Positions 62,153 through 64,000 of a stretch of DNA of 64,000 nucleotides are shown piece by piece. Numbering within the stretch: the first letter of the stretch is position 1; each line of letters starts with the position of its first letter. Both the position numbers and the translations under genes were made by a program. Under the pieces are notes generated by a model. It did no database searches. It saw only the letters and a list, made by a program, of their open reading frames with translations, and was not told the DNA's origin. The DNA lies in IMG/VR virus record IMGVR_UViG_3300035130_000336, positions 9,075 through 73,074 of that record, one strand, 5' to 3'. The DNA is from a virus. Lineage: Duplodnaviria; Caudoviricetes.

Positions 62153-62186
62153 GGTTTCGTCTCAAAAAACGAGACGAAACCTTTTT
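62153..62186. terminator. 11-bp perfect hairpin at the left (minus-strand 3') end of array E
   Basis: GGTTTCGTCTC-AAAAAAC-GAGACGAAACC followed by TTTTT. Confidence 0.55.
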
Positions 62187-62198
62187 CTGCTTTTCATA

Positions 62199-62998
62199 GC
62201 AATACAACTCCATACTGCACCTCGCATTGCCTGTGCATAACATTACCACGTTTTACTATGCTTTGCCTAAGCCGTACGCAGCGGTACTTTACTTTGCCTG
62301 TGCGGAACTGTACTATGCTTTGCCCCGCTTTGCCTAAGCTATACATTACTATGCCTTACTATGCCTTGCCTGAGCTATACATCACAGTGCTAATTTATGC
62401 CTGTGCTTCGCTATTCTTCACTACGCCTAGCCTTTACATCGCGCTACCGCACGTTACAATGCCTATGCCAAACGGTACTGTTCCAGACTATGCCTATGCT
62501 ATACAATACTTCACTAAACAATGCCTATGCCAAACGGAGCGTAACTATACTCCTCTGTGCTATTGCCATGCAATACTATACACTGCATTACCTATGCCAT
62601 ACTTCCCCGTGCTTCACATTGCTTTTGCTTTGCCATGCATGACAAAGCTATACCCCGTTTTGCTTTTGCCTAGCCGCGTTCCACTTTGCCTAACCTGTGC
62701 AGTGTTTCACACCACCTTTCTACGCACCGCCATTGCTGTACTACACAGTGCTCTGCTTCACCTTGCCTTTACTGTACATTGCTAAACTTCACTGTACTTC
62801 ACCATGCCTTTTCAGTGCCAAACAATTCGATACTGAACTATGCCTGTGCTTTACTGAACTCTACAAAACTTCACATTGCCTTTGCTTAGCATCACCTATC
62901 TTCACAATGCTTCGCCTTTGCTTTGCTTGGAAACACGGGGCCAAACTAAACCGTGCCTTTGCAGTGACAAGCGCTGCATTGCTTTTCAATGCATTAGC
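62199..62998 (-). repeat. Pentamer-grammar array E
   Basis: e.g. gcctatgc tat acaat acttc actaa acaat gcctatgc; punctuation GCCTGT/GCCTAT/GCCTAA/GCCTTT. Confidence 0.9.
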
Positions 62999-63085
62999 GA
63001 AAATAATTATAAATTTTCCCTGCCTTTTTCCTTATCCTCATCCGCCTGATACAATGAAGGCAGTGAATCGGGACAGGGAAAATTT

Positions 63086-63370
63086 ACTTTGCTCAAGGCA
63101 TGCCATTGCAGGGCTCGACAGCACATAACAAAAGTATGCAATGCTATGCCTTTGCCATACACTACATGGCCTAACTACGCTTTGCTTTTGCACGGCGCAA
63201 CATGGCCCAACTGCACTATGCCTTTACAACACAATACATTGCTATACTTGGCATTACCTTTGCTTTGCATTGCTTAACATTACCCAGCTATAGCGTGCCA
63301 TTGCATCACATCACTATACTAAGCTGCGCTTTTGCTTTGCAATGCGTAACAAGGCCCAACTACGCCATGG
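63086..63370 (-). repeat. Pentamer-grammar array F
   Basis: e.g. gcctttgc cat acact acatg gccta actac gcttt gcttttgc. Confidence 0.85.
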
Positions 63371-63682
63371 CAATATTTTTTCCATCCTTTCTATTGTTTT
63401 TGAGTTAAAAAAATATTTTAACGTTTGCTTTCCTTCATAGAGAATTCTTTAATAATAACCTTTCGGCAATATTCCGGCAATGAATTCTTTCTCTCAATTG
63501 ATTGTATTTATTTTTATATTAATTCATAACCAAAATGGTAATCATTTTTATATTCTCCGTGTTGTTTATAAAAACGCAAACAAGCGGATTTACTGCCAGT
63601 AAATACTACATTTTCAATATCATCACCATACCATACTTGCCATTTTCTTTTCATGTTCTTACTCCTTTCAATTCAGATCTTG

Positions 63683-63937
63683 TTATAATAAAAGTGAAAC
63701 GACTTTTTGACAAATATCCGGTAATTGTTTGAAGGGAATGATTTTTCCATTGTGTTCCCCCAATATCCCCGTATTGTGATTGCAGAAACCAAGGGGATGA
63801 AACGGACGTTCATTCATTGCCACACAACTATAAACAGGGTTTCCGTCAATGATTTCATTAACCGTATTGAAATACACTGTATACCGGTCGATTGTTTTCC
63901 CCTCATTGTCATATATGGCTTTAATTTCGGTTGACAT
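63683..63937 (-). CDS. Hypothetical early phage protein
   Basis: GGGG RBS-like; 'YDNEGKTIDRYTV...P.HP.GF' motif. Confidence 0.6.
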   Translation of the reverse strand: MSTEIKAIYDNEGKTIDRYTVYFNTVNEIIDGNPVYSCVAMNERPFHPLGFCNHNTGILGEHNGKIIPFKQLPDICQKVVSLLL

Positions 63938-64000
63938 ATTAACCCCTTTCCGGTTAATAAGATGGTTTATTTATCCTATTATATAGACATTTTCAAAAAC

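Overview
The window is a large part of a temperate tailed-phage genome with podovirus-like architecture. It contains, in order: (i) a probable terminase C-terminal fragment at the left edge; (ii) a ~19 kb cluster of glycan/small-molecule modification genes (about ten glycosyltransferase-like ORFs, SAM methyltransferases, kinase-like proteins, a radical SAM enzyme, a DegT aminotransferase, a HIGH-motif nucleotidyltransferase and two LicD proteins), ending in a DNA methyltransferase flanked by inverted repeats; (iii) portal, scaffold, major capsid, tail and internal-virion genes (21.5-46.4 kb); and (iv) a mostly leftward early region with a tyrosine integrase next to a 3'-half tRNA-Ser(GCT) attP, an excisionase, SSB-like, Sak4-like and replication-initiator genes, and regulators. 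The standout feature is a lone Cas7/RAMP-like gene (48242-48877, minus strand) with no other cas genes. It is accompanied by six non-coding arrays (~4.2 kb in total) with a strict 5-nt grammar: minus strand (NN-DGY)n, punctuated by a hexamer such as ACAGGC, giving units of mostly 26/31/36 nt. This looks like a non-CRISPR, RNA-guided programmable-repeat system. All protein calls come from motif recognition by eye, not database searches.
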